64,000 nucleotides of DNA from Novosphingobium sp. (GTDB lineage Bacteria > Pseudomonadota > Alphaproteobacteria > Sphingomonadales > Sphingomonadaceae): contig JAGIAR010000002.1 of assembly GCA_017744735.1 (NCBI GenBank), forward strand, positions 599 to 64,598, written 5' to 3'. The position numbers were made by a program, and so were the translations under genes. The notes below the pieces were generated by a model. That model saw nothing but the letters and a program-made list of their open reading frames with translations, had not been told where the DNA came from and searched no databases. Shown here in pieces: positions 44,622 to 55,262 of this stretch (within the stretch, counting starts at the first letter, position 1; each line of letters starts with the position of its first letter).

Positions 44622-45995
44622 TCAGGCGGCGTCGGCCTGGCGCTGCTGGGCCTCGAGATTGAGCATCTCGGCCAGCAGGAAGGCCAGTTCGAGCGACTGC
44701 GCCGCGTTGAGCCGCGGATCGCAATGGGTGTGATAGCGATCGGCCAGCCGTTCATTGGTGATCGCTACCGCACCGCCGGTGCATTCGGTGACATCCTGCC
44801 CGGTCATTTCGATGTGAATCCCGCCGGCATGCGTGCCTTCGGCGCGGTGGACCGCGAAGAAGCCCTTCACCTCGTTCAGAATCCGGTCGAACGGCCGGGT
44901 CTTGAAGCCGGTATTGGTCTTGATCACGTTGCCGTGCATCGGATCGCAGCTCCACACCACCGGATGGCCTTCGCGCTGCACCGCGCGCACCAGCCGGGGC
45001 AACCCGGCCTCGACCTTGTCGTCGCCGAAGCGGGCGATCAGCGTCATCCGCCCGGCCTCGCGGCCCGGATTGAGCGTGTCGAGCATCCGCAGCAGCGCGT
45101 CGGGCTCGAGGCTCGGGCCGCACTTCATCCCGATCGGATTGCCGACGCCGCGGAGGAATTCGACATGCGCCGAGCCGTCGAAGCGGGTGCGGTCGCCGAT
45201 CCACAGCATGTGCGCGCTGGTGTCGTACCAGTCGCCGGTCAGCGAATCCTGCCGGGTCAGCGCCTCCTCATAGGGGAGCAGCAGCGCCTCGTGGCTGGTG
45301 TAGAAGCTCGCGCTCTTGAGCTGCGGCGCGTGCTCGGGATCGATCCCGCAGGCCTCCATGAAGTCCAGCGCCTCGCCGATCCGGTCGGCGATGTCGCGGA
45401 ACTTGTCGGCCCAGGGGCTGCGGCCCATGAAATCGAGCGTCCAGCGGTGGACCTGGCGCAAATTCGCATAGCCGCCGCCGGCGAAGGCGCGCAGCAGGTT
45501 CAGCGTCGCGGCCGACTGGCTGTAGGCGCGGATCATCCGCTCCGGATCGTTGCGACGGGTCGCCTCTTCGAATTCGATCCCGTTGATGATGTCGCCGAGA
45601 TAGCTCGGCAGCTCGACGCCGCCGACGGTCTCGGTCGGGGCGCTGCGCGGCTTGGCGAACTGCCCGGCCATGCGGCCGACCTTCACCACCGGCTGCTTCG
45701 AGGCGAAGATCATCACCGCGGCCATCTGCAACAGCACCCGGAAGGTGTCGCGGATATTGTTGGGGTGGAATTCGGCGAAGCTTTCGGCACAGTCCCCGCC
45801 CTGCAGCAGGAAACCGCGGCCGTGGCTGACTTCGGCCAGTTCCGCCTTGAGGGCGCGCGCCTCGCCCGCAAAGACCAGCGGCGGATAGCTGGAAAGGGTC
45901 TTGACCGCCCCATCCAGTGCCGTTGCGTCTTCGTATACCGGCAGATGCTTCGCTTCGAAGCCCTGCCAGCTCTCGGGTATCCAGTTCGTCGCCAC
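44622..45995 (-). CDS. class II 3-deoxy-7-phosphoheptulonate (DAHP) synthase
   Basis: GTG start. [19 protein letters not shown]...[13 protein letters not shown]...KPRS...CDPMHGN, a plant-like class II pattern. Confidence 0.9.
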   Translation of the reverse strand: MATNWIPESWQGFEAKHLPVYEDATALDGAVKTLSSYPPLVFAGEARALKAELAEVSHGRGFLLQGGDCAESFAEFHPNNIRDTFRVLLQMAAVMIFASKQPVVKVGRMAGQFAKPRSAPTETVGGVELPSYLGDIINGIEFEEATRRNDPERMIRAYSQSAATLNLLRAFAGGGYANLRQVHRWTLDFMGRSPWADKFRDIADRIGEALDFMEACGIDPEHAPQLKSASFYTSHEALLLPYEEALTRQDSLTGDWYDTSAHMLWIGDRTRFDGSAHVEFLRGVGNPIGMKCGPSLEPDALLRMLDTLNPGREAGRMTLIARFGDDKVEAGLPRLVRAVQREGHPVVWSCDPMHGNVIKTNTGFKTRPFDRILNEVKGFFAVHRAEGTHAGGIHIEMTGQDVTECTGGAVAITNERLADRYHTHCDPRLNAAQSLELAFLLAEMLNLEAQQRQADAA

Positions 45996-46091
45996 TTCGC
46001 GTCTCTACAATTGCGGAAGGCGGCGCAAATAGGCGCACTGCCCCGCAATTGCAAAGGTTACTCTCTCAACTAGTCTGATCGCGAAAAGCGC

Positions 46092-49000
46092 TCAGCGGCC
46101 CTCCGTAACCGCCGCGGGAGTCGCGGCCGGGCGCGGCGCCGCCGCGGCCACCCCGGCCGGGAGCGACGGCGGGAGCGCGGTCGCCAGCTGCTGGCCCTGC
46201 GGGATCACCGCGATCCGCAGCGCCTGCCCGGCGGGCAGGTAGGTCCGCGCGAGATCGCGCATCCGTTCGGGCGTGGTCTCGGTGTAGTCCGCCATCAGGC
46301 TCGGGATCTGGTCGAGCCGCCGCTGATCGACGCTCGCGCCCTCGACCACGTTCATCCAGAACTGGTGGCCGTTTACCACGCGGTTCAGCAACTGCTTGAA
46401 CGGCTCGGTCACGCGTTCCAGTTCGTCGGCGCTCGGCCCGGTCGCGGCAAGGTCGGTCGCGATCTTGTCGGCGACGGCGAAGAAGGTCGGGACCATCTCC
46501 GGCTTGAGCTGGGCGACCGCGATCATGCGCCCGCCGCTGTCGATATCGGCCGGCCAGCTCGAGGTGACGAAGGGCGTGTAGCTCGCCCCGGCCGCCTCGC
46601 GCAGCGCGTCGAGCAGGCGGTTGGAGAAGACCTCGCCCAGCACTTCCAGCTCGCGCGATACCGGCAGGCCTGCGACCCCGCCGCCGAGCTTCCATGCCAC
46701 CACCGCCGCGGCCTGATCGGACTCGCCGTGGTGATAGAGCACGATCGGCTGGGCCGGGATCGGCGCGAAGGCGACCCCGCGCGCCAGCGCGTCGGCCGGG
46801 ATCGGATCGCGCCTGGGCAGCGCGCCGAAGGTCTTCGCCAGCGCCGCGTCGGTGGCCGCCGGGTCGATGTCGCCGAACACCATCACCTCGACCGGCCCCT
46901 GCTTCAGCAGCGGCTCCCACACCTTGCGGAAGCCTTCGGGCGTGGTCTTGGCGATCTCGGCCGGGGTCGGCGTGTGGAACCGCTGGTCGCCGTTGCTGAC
47001 CACATATTCGAGATCGCGGTTGATCACCCCCGTCGGATCGGCGCTGAGGCTGTCGTAGCCGAGCTGCGCCAGCGCCTTGGCCCGCTCCACCGGCGCGGCA
47101 TCCCAGCGCGGCTTCGCGAGCTTGGCCGCGAACAGGTAGAGCTGATCGGCGAGATCCTCCTTGCGGGTATCGGCCGAGAGGGTGAACACGCCGTCGTCGA
47201 TCTTGAAATCGAAGCCGAGCTTGCGGCCCGTGGCGACCACGTCGAGATCGTTGGCGTCGAGCGACCCGAGCCCGGAGGCGACCAGCGCCGACTGGCCGAG
47301 CGAGATATAGGGCGCGTCGGCCTGGCTGAAGCCGCGATAGCCGCTGCCGAAGCGGACCTGCACCGTCACCCGGCCAGGCTCGTTCTCCGTCCGCCAGAGC
47401 AGTGCGTGGACCCCGTTGGCGAAATCCTCCTGCTTGATATCGAGCACGCCGAGCGAGTGGCGCTCGACCGGCTCCTGCGGCTTGCCGATCGGCGGCAGCT
47501 TGTCGAACGAGATCGCCTGCGCCGCGATCCGCGTGTTGCCGGCCGCGGCGGGCGGCGCAAGCAGCGCCTGCCGCAGCTTGTCCGCATCGCCGGCCTCGGC
47601 CGGGTCGGGAGTCAGCAGGAAGGCGCGGGTGACGATCCCGGTAAACAGCGACTTGGTGTGATCGAACACCGCCGCAGGGGTAAAGCGATCGCGCATCCCG
47701 CGGAAGATCGACAGGAAGGTTTCGGGCGAGGCGACCGATTCCCTTATGTCGACCGCGCCGACCAGATCGTCGGCCAGCGCGCTGCCCGGCTGGTTGATCC
47801 GCTGCTGGTAGTAATTCTCGTAATTGACGTCGATCTCCGCGACCTCGCGGTCGATCTCGGCCTGGGTCGGCGGGCTCGCCAGCGCATCGGCGATCACTGC
47901 GCGCACGTCTTTCACCGCGGCCAGCCAGTCCTTGCCCAGCGGCGTGATGTTGACGAATGTGCCTTCGGCCGAACGGCTGATTTCCTGCTGGCCGACATTG
48001 GCAAGGACATAGGATCCGCCGGCCCTTGCGCGCTGCTCCAGCCGCCGGTTGACGATCGCCAGCGCGACCTGGTCGATGCTGCGCAGGCGGTTCAGCTCGA
48101 GATTGTCGGGCGGCTTGGTCCATTTTCGCAGCGTGCCGATCATCACCTGGCGCGGCAGGTCCGGCTCGACCAGCACGGTAGTGTCGCCGACCGGATTGGC
48201 CGGGTCGGCGCCGGCGGGCGCCTGCGGCTGGCCGAAGTCGGGCGGCGCGACATGCGGGCCCTTGCCCCGCCAGTCGCCGAACCAGCGTTCGATCTCGGCC
48301 GCGAAATCCTGCGGATTGCCGTCGCCGGCGATCACGATCACCGCATTCTCGGGCCGGTACCAGGCATCGTGGAACGCCTTGACCGTTTCGCTGGTCGCCG
48401 CGTCGAGCGTCGCGTCGGTGCCGATCGGAGTGCGGTCCGCCAGCAGTTGCCCCTTGTAGAACAGCGCGTTGGTCGCATCGGTCACCCGGCGGCCCGGGCC
48501 GCCGTTGTCGCGCTTCTCTGCCAGCACGATCGGCAGTTCGGTGGCGATGTTGGCGCTGCTCAGGGTCGGTTCGCGGATCATGCCCGAGAGCAGCTTCATG
48601 CTCTCGTCGAGCTTGGCCGGATCGGTGTTGGGCAAGTCGAGCTTGAACACTGTCTCGGTCGCCGAGGTGATCGCGTTGGTGTCGGCCCCGAGCCGCGCGC
48701 CGAGGCGCTGCCAGGTCGGGATCGCCTGGGCATTGGCGAGATACTTGGATTCGCGGAAGGTCAGGTGCTCGATCAGATGGGCGTAGCCGCGCTCGCTGTC
48801 CTTCTCGTTGAGCGAGCCCGCGTCGATCCGCACCCGGATCGAGACCTGCCCCGGCGGGACCTGGTTGTTGCGCACCGCATAGCGCAGCCCGTTCGGGAGT
48901 TCGCCGAACAGCCAGCCCTGATCGTGCGGAATGTCGGTTCCGCGATAGATCCACGGATCGTCGGGCTTGAGGGTGGTCGGCGGCGGCAGGGTCGCGGCCG

Positions 49001-49142
49001 GAACCGGCGGCTGCTCCGGCACTGCCGGCACCAGCACCGGTGCAGGAGGCCGGGCCTCCTGCGCCTCGACCGGAGGAACCGCGAGCAGGGACAAGGCAAG
49101 GACGGGCGAGAGCAACCGCGCGGCGCGGAAAGGGATCGTCAT
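46092..49142 (-). CDS. M16 family (pitrilysin/insulinase-like) zinc metallopeptidase, fused double unit
   Basis: ATG 49142. Signal peptide MTIPFRAARLLSPVLALSLLAVPPVEA. Inverted zinc motif YAHLIEHLTFRES (HxxEH). About 1016 aa. Confidence 0.9.
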   Translation of the reverse strand: MTIPFRAARLLSPVLALSLLAVPPVEAQEARPPAPVLVPAVPEQPPVPAATLPPPTTLKPDDPWIYRGTDIPHDQGWLFGELPNGLRYAVRNNQVPPGQVSIRVRIDAGSLNEKDSERGYAHLIEHLTFRESKYLANAQAIPTWQRLGARLGADTNAITSATETVFKLDLPNTDPAKLDESMKLLSGMIREPTLSSANIATELPIVLAEKRDNGGPGRRVTDATNALFYKGQLLADRTPIGTDATLDAATSETVKAFHDAWYRPENAVIVIAGDGNPQDFAAEIERWFGDWRGKGPHVAPPDFGQPQAPAGADPANPVGDTTVLVEPDLPRQVMIGTLRKWTKPPDNLELNRLRSIDQVALAIVNRRLEQRARAGGSYVLANVGQQEISRSAEGTFVNITPLGKDWLAAVKDVRAVIADALASPPTQAEIDREVAEIDVNYENYYQQRINQPGSALADDLVGAVDIRESVASPETFLSIFRGMRDRFTPAAVFDHTKSLFTGIVTRAFLLTPDPAEAGDADKLRQALLAPPAAAGNTRIAAQAISFDKLPPIGKPQEPVERHSLGVLDIKQEDFANGVHALLWRTENEPGRVTVQVRFGSGYRGFSQADAPYISLGQSALVASGLGSLDANDLDVVATGRKLGFDFKIDDGVFTLSADTRKEDLADQLYLFAAKLAKPRWDAAPVERAKALAQLGYDSLSADPTGVINRDLEYVVSNGDQRFHTPTPAEIAKTTPEGFRKVWEPLLKQGPVEVMVFGDIDPAATDAALAKTFGALPRRDPIPADALARGVAFAPIPAQPIVLYHHGESDQAAAVVAWKLGGGVAGLPVSRELEVLGEVFSNRLLDALREAAGASYTPFVTSSWPADIDSGGRMIAVAQLKPEMVPTFFAVADKIATDLAATGPSADELERVTEPFKQLLNRVVNGHQFWMNVVEGASVDQRRLDQIPSLMADYTETTPERMRDLARTYLPAGQALRIAVIPQGQQLATALPPSLPAGVAAAAPRPAATPAAVTEGR

Positions 49143-49239
49143 ATGCGTGGTATTAGTCGCCCGAGGGATGAAGGGATAGTGAATGGCAAACAACAACCGC
49201 TTGCTTGCCCGTAAACCCCCGGCGCCCTACATTCGTTCC

Positions 49240-49812
49240 ATGTTCATCGAAACCGAAGCCACGCCCAACCCGCTCACCCTCAAGTTCCTGCCCGGCCAGG
49301 CCGTGATGGACGCGGGCACCCGCGAATTCGCCTCGCCCGAAGCGGCCGAGGCCTCCGCGCTCGCCGAAGCGATCTTCGACACGGGCGAGGTCACCAATGT
49401 GTTCTACGGGCGCGACTTCGTTTCGGTCACCGCCGCGCCCGGTGCCGACTGGTCGGCGCTCAAGCCGCAGGTGGTCGCGATCCTGCTCGACCATTTCGTC
49501 AGCCAGGCGCCGCTGTTCGCCCCCGGGACCGCCGCGGGTATTGCGGTACCGGCCGAAGACGAGGTGGACGACGATCCGGCCGACGCCGACATCGTCGCGC
49601 AGATCCGCGAACTGCTCGAGACCCGCATCCGCCCGGCGGTGGCTGGCGACGGCGGCGACATCCAGTACCGCGGTTTTCGCGAAGGCGTGGTCTATCTGAC
49701 CATGCAGGGCGCCTGTTCGGGCTGCCCGTCCTCCACCGCCACCCTCAAGCACGGGATCGAGGGCCTGCTCAAGCACTACGTCCCCGAAGTCACCGAAGTG
49801 CGGGCCGCCTGA
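49240..49812 (+). CDS. NifU/Nfu family Fe-S cluster assembly protein
   Basis: ATG 49240. MFIETEATPNPLTLKFLPG...DGGDIQYRGFREGVVYLTMQGACSGCPSS. Confidence 0.9.
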   Translation: MFIETEATPNPLTLKFLPGQAVMDAGTREFASPEAAEASALAEAIFDTGEVTNVFYGRDFVSVTAAPGADWSALKPQVVAILLDHFVSQAPLFAPGTAAGIAVPAEDEVDDDPADADIVAQIRELLETRIRPAVAGDGGDIQYRGFREGVVYLTMQGACSGCPSSTATLKHGIEGLLKHYVPEVTEVRAA

Positions 49813-49813
49813 A

Positions 49814-50413
49814 GTGGCGGGCGAACCGCTGCCGTACGCGGCGCTCGACCAGCTGTTCCGGACCGCCCGCACCTACAACGGCTATCTCGACCGCCCGGTC
49901 AGCGCGGAGCAGCTCCACGCGATCTGGGACCTGATGAAGTTCGGCCCGACCTCGGCCAACCAGATGCCGGCACGCATCCTGTGGCTGACCACGCCCGAGG
50001 CGAAGGGACGGCTGGCGCAGCACGCGGGCGGCAACGGCGACAAGATCCGCAAGGCGCCGGTCAGCGTGGTGATCGCGATGGACGAGGATTTCCACGAGCA
50101 CCTGCCGTGGCTGTTCCCGCATACCGATGCGCGCGCCTGGTTCCTCGGCGAGGAGAAGGAGGCCTTGCGCAAGGCTTCCGCGTTCCGCAACTCGACCCTG
50201 CAGGGCGCCTATTTCATCATGGCGGCGCGCGCGCTGGGGCTCGACACCGGGCCGATGTCGGGGTTCGACAATGCGGCGGTCGATGCCGAGTTCTTCGCCG
50301 CCGAGCCGAACTGGAAGAGCAATTTCATCTCGACCCTCGGCTATGGCGACCCGGCGACGATCTTCGGGCGCAGCCCGCGCCCCGAGTTCGAGGTCTTCAA
50401 CCGGGTTCTGTAA
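49814..50413 (+). CDS. malonic semialdehyde reductase RutE-like nitroreductase family protein
   Basis: GTG start. LDQLFRTARTYNGYLDRPVSAEQLHAIWDLMKFGPTSANQMPARI... Confidence 0.8.
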   Translation: MAGEPLPYAALDQLFRTARTYNGYLDRPVSAEQLHAIWDLMKFGPTSANQMPARILWLTTPEAKGRLAQHAGGNGDKIRKAPVSVVIAMDEDFHEHLPWLFPHTDARAWFLGEEKEALRKASAFRNSTLQGAYFIMAARALGLDTGPMSGFDNAAVDAEFFAAEPNWKSNFISTLGYGDPATIFGRSPRPEFEVFNRVL

Positions 50414-50432
50414 CCCGCTAGCGGTCGTCGGG

Positions 50433-51050
50433 ATGAAAACGCTGGTCATCGATAGCGCGACCGAGGCCTGCTCGGTCGCCCTGTTCGACGGGAATGCCCT
50501 CGTCGCCGGCGAATTGCGCCTGCTCGGGCGCGGCCATGCCGAACAGCTGGTGCCGATGATCGCCGCGCTGCCCGACCGTGGCCGCGCGGACCGGATCTGT
50601 GTTTCGCTCGGCCCCGGCAGCTTCACCGGGGTCCGCATCGGGCTCGCGGCGGCGCGCGCGCTGGGGCTCGCCTGGCGGGTCGAAGTGCTCGGCTATCCCA
50701 CGCTCGCGCTCGTGGCCGCGATGGCCCGCAGCGAATTGCCCGGGCCGGTGAGCGTGTGCATGTCCGGTGGGCACGGCGAATGGTTCGTGCAGGATTTCGC
50801 CCCCGACGGATCGCCCGAGGATGCGCTGCGGTCGCTTCCCCCGGCGCAGGTCGTCGCGGCGCACGCGACGGTTGCCGGCACGCAGGCCGAGGCGCTGGTC
50901 GCCGCAAGCGGGCGCGGCACCGCCCTGCCCCTTTCCCCGGACGCACGGCGCTTCGGCCTGCTGCCCGAAACCCTGCTGACCCGCGATCTCGCTCCGCTCT
51001 ATGGCCGTGCGCCCGACGCCCGCCTGCCACTGGGGACCGCGCAGGCATGA
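50433..51050 (+). CDS. tsaB: tRNA threonylcarbamoyladenosine biosynthesis protein TsaB
   Basis: ATG 50433. MKTLVIDSATEACSVALFDG...GPGSFTGVRIGLAAARALG. Confidence 0.9.
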   Translation: MKTLVIDSATEACSVALFDGNALVAGELRLLGRGHAEQLVPMIAALPDRGRADRICVSLGPGSFTGVRIGLAAARALGLAWRVEVLGYPTLALVAAMARSELPGPVSVCMSGGHGEWFVQDFAPDGSPEDALRSLPPAQVVAAHATVAGTQAEALVAASGRGTALPLSPDARRFGLLPETLLTRDLAPLYGRAPDARLPLGTAQA

Positions 51051-51508
51051 CGATGCGCGACGAGATCGATCACATCATGGAAGTGATGGGCGAAGCCTTC
51101 GACCCCGCCTGGGGCGAGGCCTGGACCCGGCGCCAGGTATCCGACGCGCTGGTCGTCGGCAATTGCCGCGCACTGCTGCAGGATGCGGGAGGCAGGCCGC
51201 GGGCGGGCACGGCGGACGCGGCCGGTTTCGTCCTGTCCCGCGCCGCCGCCGACGAGGAGGAACTGTTGCTGATCGGCGTGCGGCCGGGATGCCGCGGCCG
51301 CGGTGTGGGCGCCGCGCTGATGGCACGCTTCATCGCCGAGGCGCAGGCCCGCGGCATCGCCCGCCTGTTCCTGGAAATGCGCGAAGGCAATCCGGCCGAA
51401 GCTCTGTACCGCAAGTTCGAATTCGAACCGGTCGGCCGGCGCAAGAACTACTACAACCGCGGCACGATTTCGGGGATCGACGCGATCAGTTTTGCGCTGG
51501 AACTGTAG
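51047..51508 (+). CDS. rimI: ribosomal-protein-alanine N-acetyltransferase (GNAT)
   Basis: ATGA overlap with tsaB. GVRPGCRGRGVGAALM (acetyl-CoA motif) ...NPAEALYRKFEFEPVGRRKNYY. Confidence 0.85.
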   Translation: MTMRDEIDHIMEVMGEAFDPAWGEAWTRRQVSDALVVGNCRALLQDAGGRPRAGTADAAGFVLSRAAADEEELLLIGVRPGCRGRGVGAALMARFIAEAQARGIARLFLEMREGNPAEALYRKFEFEPVGRRKNYYNRGTISGIDAISFALEL

Positions 51509-51667
51509 AAACGGTAAAAGCAATCGTTCCGGATCGGACGAGATTCTTCACAAAGCTAACCGTTGCACTTGAAACGGCCGGGTGATTGAGGCAATGGCGA
51601 ACCACCCGGTTTTGATCCGGATAAACCCCTATCCGCGACCCCCCATCGCCAGACAATTGAGGATATT

Positions 51668-52111
51668 ATGGACACAACGGAATCGGACATGGCCGAGACG
51701 CTGATCACGCTCACCTCGGACATAGTCGCGGCGCATGTCAGCAACAACAACGTCGCGGTGGAAGAAGTGCCCACGTTGATTCAGAATATTTACGGCGCGC
51801 TTGCCGGCCTGGGCAAGAAAACGGAAATCGTTACCGCTCCGCCCGAACCCGCTGTCTCGATCCGCTCGTCGGTCAAGCCCGACAGCGTCACCTGCCTCGA
51901 GTGCGGCAAGAAGATGAAGATGCTCAAGCGCCATCTTTCCACCGATCACGGCATGTCTACCGACGATTACCGCCTGCGCTGGAATCTCCCCGCCGACTAT
52001 CCGCTGGTCGCCCCGAACTACGCGGAAAAGCGCCGCGAACTCGCCAAATCGATCGGCCTCGGGCGCAAGCCCGGCCAGAAGCGCGGCCGCCGGAAGAAGG
52101 TCGCCGCCTGA
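51668..52111 (+). CDS. mucR: MucR/Ros family zinc-finger transcriptional regulator
   Basis: TSDIVAAHVSNN...SIRSSVKPDSVTCLECGKKMKMLKRHLSTDHGMSTDDYRLRWNLPADYPLVAPNYAEKR. Confidence 0.95.
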   Translation: MDTTESDMAETLITLTSDIVAAHVSNNNVAVEEVPTLIQNIYGALAGLGKKTEIVTAPPEPAVSIRSSVKPDSVTCLECGKKMKMLKRHLSTDHGMSTDDYRLRWNLPADYPLVAPNYAEKRRELAKSIGLGRKPGQKRGRRKKVAA

Positions 52112-52139
52112 TCCTGACGACCCGTCACGGTTGAAAAAA

Positions 52140-52177
52140 CGCCCGGCAGGTTTCATACCCGCCGGGCGTTTCAATTT
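52140..52177 (+). terminator. intrinsic terminator after mucR
   Basis: cgcccggc-N13-gccgggcg followed by tttcaattt, with an A-run upstream. Confidence 0.7.
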
Positions 52178-52630
52178 GTGCCTGTTGGGAACCGCGTAGT
52201 GCATCAACCGATCGACATTGAGCAGCTTTGCGCCGAGCGCGGGCTGCGCATCACCGAGCAGCGGCGGATCATCGCCCGCGTGCTGTCGGAGAGCGAAGAC
52301 CATCCCGACGTCGAGCTGCTGCACGAGCGCGCCAGCGCGATCGATCCGAAGATCTCGATCGCCACCGTCTATCGTACCGTGCGCCTGTTCGAGGAGGCCG
52401 GGATTCTCGACCGCCACGATTTCGGCGACGGGCGCGCGCGCTACGAAGCCGCACCCGAGGCGCATCACGACCATCTGATCGACGTCGAGAGCGGCAAGGT
52501 CGTCGAATTCGTCGATCCCGAGCTCGAGGCGCTGCAGAAGGTCATCGCGGAGCGGCTCGGCTACCGGCTGGTCGATCACCGCATGGAACTCTATGGCGTC
52601 CGGCTCGACCGGGAACCGCGGGACGGCTGA
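52178..52630 (+). CDS. Fur family transcriptional regulator (Irr-like)
   Basis: LCAERGLRITEQRRIIARVLSESEDHPDVELLHERA...SIATVYRTVRLFEEAGIL...HHDHLID. The track start GTG 52178 abuts the terminator, so GTG 52199 (VHQPIDIEQL) is a plausible true start. Confidence 0.85.
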   Translation: MPVGNRVVHQPIDIEQLCAERGLRITEQRRIIARVLSESEDHPDVELLHERASAIDPKISIATVYRTVRLFEEAGILDRHDFGDGRARYEAAPEAHHDHLIDVESGKVVEFVDPELEALQKVIAERLGYRLVDHRMELYGVRLDREPRDG

Positions 52631-52635
52631 CCCGG

Positions 52636-53394
52636 ATGGGTGGCACGCTCGCCCTCGAACAGACCCGGATCGCTCCGCTCGGCTGGGCGCTGATCGCGCT
52701 GCGGCTGTTGCTGATGTTCGCGCTGCTGCTGATCTGTGCGCCGCTCTATTACCTCTGGAAGCTGCTTGGCCTCGGGCGCTTCTGGCCGCGCGTGTTCCTC
52801 GGCGGGGTCGGCGTCATCGCCGGGCTCGACATCACCATCCGGGGCCGCCCCGCCAAACATGCGCTGCTGCTGTCGAACCACGTCAGCTGGCTCGACATTC
52901 CGGCGATCGCCTGGGCCACCGGCAGCGCCTTTGTCGGCCATTCGGGGCTCGCCTCGATCAAGCTGCTCAAGACGCTGTGCGCGATGAACGACACGGTGTT
53001 CATCGCCAGGCACGATCGCGGCAGCGTGGCCGGCCAGGTGGAACAGGTGCGCAAGGCGATCGCCGAAACCGGTGCGCTGACCTTCTTTCCCGAAGGCACC
53101 ACCAGCGACGGCACCGGCCTGCTGCCGTTCAAGAGCTCGCTGCTCTCCGCAGTGGAAGACCTGCCCGAAGGCGTGCCGATCCAGCCCGTGCTGCTCGACT
53201 ATGCCGAGGCGCCGGGCATGGCCTGGGTCGGCGAGGAACACGGGCTCGACAATTTCAAGCGTATCCTCGCCCGCGGGCGCCCGCTGCACCTGACGATCCA
53301 CTTCCTGCCGGTGCTTCAGGGTGCCGAATTGGCGAACCGCAAGACCATGGCCGCCGCGGCGCGCGAGGCGATCTTGCGGGCGATGTCCGCCTAG
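52636..53394 (+). CDS. lysophospholipid (1-acyl-sn-glycerol-3-phosphate) acyltransferase family protein
   Basis: ATG 52636. N-terminal TM segment, HX4D motif NHVSWLD, and FPEGTTSDG. Confidence 0.85.
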   Translation: MGGTLALEQTRIAPLGWALIALRLLLMFALLLICAPLYYLWKLLGLGRFWPRVFLGGVGVIAGLDITIRGRPAKHALLLSNHVSWLDIPAIAWATGSAFVGHSGLASIKLLKTLCAMNDTVFIARHDRGSVAGQVEQVRKAIAETGALTFFPEGTTSDGTGLLPFKSSLLSAVEDLPEGVPIQPVLLDYAEAPGMAWVGEEHGLDNFKRILARGRPLHLTIHFLPVLQGAELANRKTMAAAAREAILRAMSA

Positions 53395-53434
53395 GCTTCA
53401 ATTCCGCGCCGGTTTCGCGTATCGGCCGCTTCCC

Positions 53435-54781
53435 ATGCGACAGGTTGCGCCCCCGAGGACCTACAGGGTCAAGAGCTTCGGCTGCCAGATGAACGTCTAC
53501 GACGGCGAGCGCATGGGCGAGCTGCTCGCCGAGCGGGGCCTTAGCGTCGCCCCCGAGGGCGAGGACGCCGACCTGGTCGTGCTCAACACCTGCCACATTC
53601 GCGAGAAGGCGGCCGAGAAGGTCTATTCGGACATCGGCCGGCTGCGGCGCGAGGACGGTTCGAGCCCGCTGATCGCCGTCGCCGGCTGCGTCGCCCAGGC
53701 CGAGGGCGACGAGATCATGGCGCGCGCGCCGTCGGTCTCGATGGTGGTCGGCCCGCAGGCCTACCATCGCCTGCCCGAAATGCTCGACCGCGCGACGAAA
53801 GGCGAACGCGCGACCGATACCGACATGCCGGCCGACGCGAAGTTCGCCGCCCTCCCGCCAAGAGGAAAAGGCGGGCGCCGCTCGGGCCCGACCGCTTTCC
53901 TCACGGTGCAGGAAGGCTGCGACAAGTTCTGCACCTATTGCGTGGTGCCCTATACCCGCGGCGCAGAAATCTCGCGGCCCTACGCCGACCTGATCGACGA
54001 GGCGGCGCGGCTTGTCGATGCCGGCGCGCGCGAGATCACCCTGCTCGGCCAGAACGTCAACGCCTGGACCGGCGAGGATTCGAAAGGCCGCGCGCTGGGT
54101 CTCGATGGGCTGATAAGGGAGCTGGCCAAGCTGCCGGATTTGCAGCGAATTCGCTACACCACCAGCCATCCCAACGACATGACCGAGGGGCTGATCGCCG
54201 CGCATGGCGAGGTCGGGAAGCTGATGCCCTATCTCCACCTGCCGGTGCAGGCGGGGTCGGACCGGGTGCTCAAGGCGATGAACCGGAGCCACACGGTCGA
54301 AAGCTACCTCAAGGTACTTGAGCGGGTCCGGACGGCGCGGCCCGACATCGCGCTGTCGGGCGATTTCATCGTCGGCTTCCCCGGCGAGACCGAGGCGGAA
54401 TTCGCGGAAACGCTCTCGCTGATCGACGCGGTCGGCTATGCGGCCGCATTCAGCTTCAAATATTCGCCCCGCCCCGGCACGCCGGCGGCGACGATGGAGG
54501 GGCAAGTTGCGATGGAGGTGATGGACGATCGCCTGCAGCGCCTGCAGGCAGCACTCTCACGGGATTCCCTGGCGTTCAACCGGGCGAGCGTCGGCAAGAC
54601 CTGCGACATTCTGGTCGAACGGAAAGGCCGTCATCCCGGCCAGTGGATCGGCAAGTCGCCCTGGCTGCAATCGGTCCATTTCGAAGGAGAAAGCCGGTTC
54701 GGCGAGATCGTTACGGTCGATCTCGCCGAAGCCGGGCCGAATTCGCTGGCCGGGCGGCTGGTCGAGCGCGCCCCGGCGTAA
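53435..54781 (+). CDS. miaB: tRNA (N6-isopentenyl adenosine(37)-C2)-methylthiotransferase
   Basis: ATG 53435. YRVKSFGCQMNVYDGERM, radical SAM motif CDKFCTYCVVP, and a TRAM-like C-terminus. Confidence 0.95.
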   Translation: MRQVAPPRTYRVKSFGCQMNVYDGERMGELLAERGLSVAPEGEDADLVVLNTCHIREKAAEKVYSDIGRLRREDGSSPLIAVAGCVAQAEGDEIMARAPSVSMVVGPQAYHRLPEMLDRATKGERATDTDMPADAKFAALPPRGKGGRRSGPTAFLTVQEGCDKFCTYCVVPYTRGAEISRPYADLIDEAARLVDAGAREITLLGQNVNAWTGEDSKGRALGLDGLIRELAKLPDLQRIRYTTSHPNDMTEGLIAAHGEVGKLMPYLHLPVQAGSDRVLKAMNRSHTVESYLKVLERVRTARPDIALSGDFIVGFPGETEAEFAETLSLIDAVGYAAAFSFKYSPRPGTPAATMEGQVAMEVMDDRLQRLQAALSRDSLAFNRASVGKTCDILVERKGRHPGQWIGKSPWLQSVHFEGESRFGEIVTVDLAEAGPNSLAGRLVERAPA

Positions 54782-54785
54782 GTCT

Positions 54786-55262
54786 TTACCAGAAGAACCG
54801 GTCGTAGACGCGGATCACGCGGCCGGTGCGAGTGTTCACCAGCAGCACATCGTTGCCGTAGCGGACATAGGTCCGGCCCGCGCCCGGACGCGGCAGGCGA
54901 TAGGCCGAATAGTTGGTAACCCAGTAAGGCCGGCCGAAGAAGGCGCGGTTCAGATTCGCGCCGACGGCGACTGGGCGATAGTGCATTCCGCGCGGAGCGA
55001 CATAGGCCGAGCGGTGGAAGGTGTTGCGATGGCTGTTGCGATAGTCGCGCCAGTCCTCGCGCATTTCCTTGCGGTCTTCGCGGGTTTCGCGGGCATCCTC
55101 GCGCGCTTCCTTGTAATTGCCGCGCGCCAGGTCGCGCTTCACTTCGCGCTGGTCCTTGCGGACCTCGCGCTGATCGTGGCGCACTTCGCCGGCGCTCTGG
55201 GCATAGGCTGCCGCCGGAACGAGCAGCGTGGCTGCGATGGCTGCTGTCAAAATCTTTCGCAT
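54786..55262 (-). CDS. RcnB-like periplasmic protein
   Basis: ATG 55262. Signal peptide MRKILTAAIAATLLVPAAAYA, a charged repeat region, and C-terminal YVRYGNDVLLVNTRTGRVIRVY. Confidence 0.65.
   Translation of the reverse strand: MRKILTAAIAATLLVPAAAYAQSAGEVRHDQREVRKDQREVKRDLARGNYKEAREDARETREDRKEMREDWRDYRNSHRNTFHRSAYVAPRGMHYRPVAVGANLNRAFFGRPYWVTNYSAYRLPRPGAGRTYVRYGNDVLLVNTRTGRVIRVYDRFFW

Noticed and set aside
41935-44733. 932-aa plus-strand ORF. Similar giant ORFs occur at 46365..49214 (+), 46066..48954 (-), 62003..63859 (-), 3623..5533 (+), 6554..8494 (+) and 6684..8576 (-).
   Set aside because: They are Arg/Ala/Pro/Gly/His-rich with no recognisable motifs. Each lies antisense or out of frame to a gene with clear family signatures (DGC, M16 peptidase, MgtE, radical SAM, histidine kinase). 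These are typical shadow ORFs of high-GC DNA.
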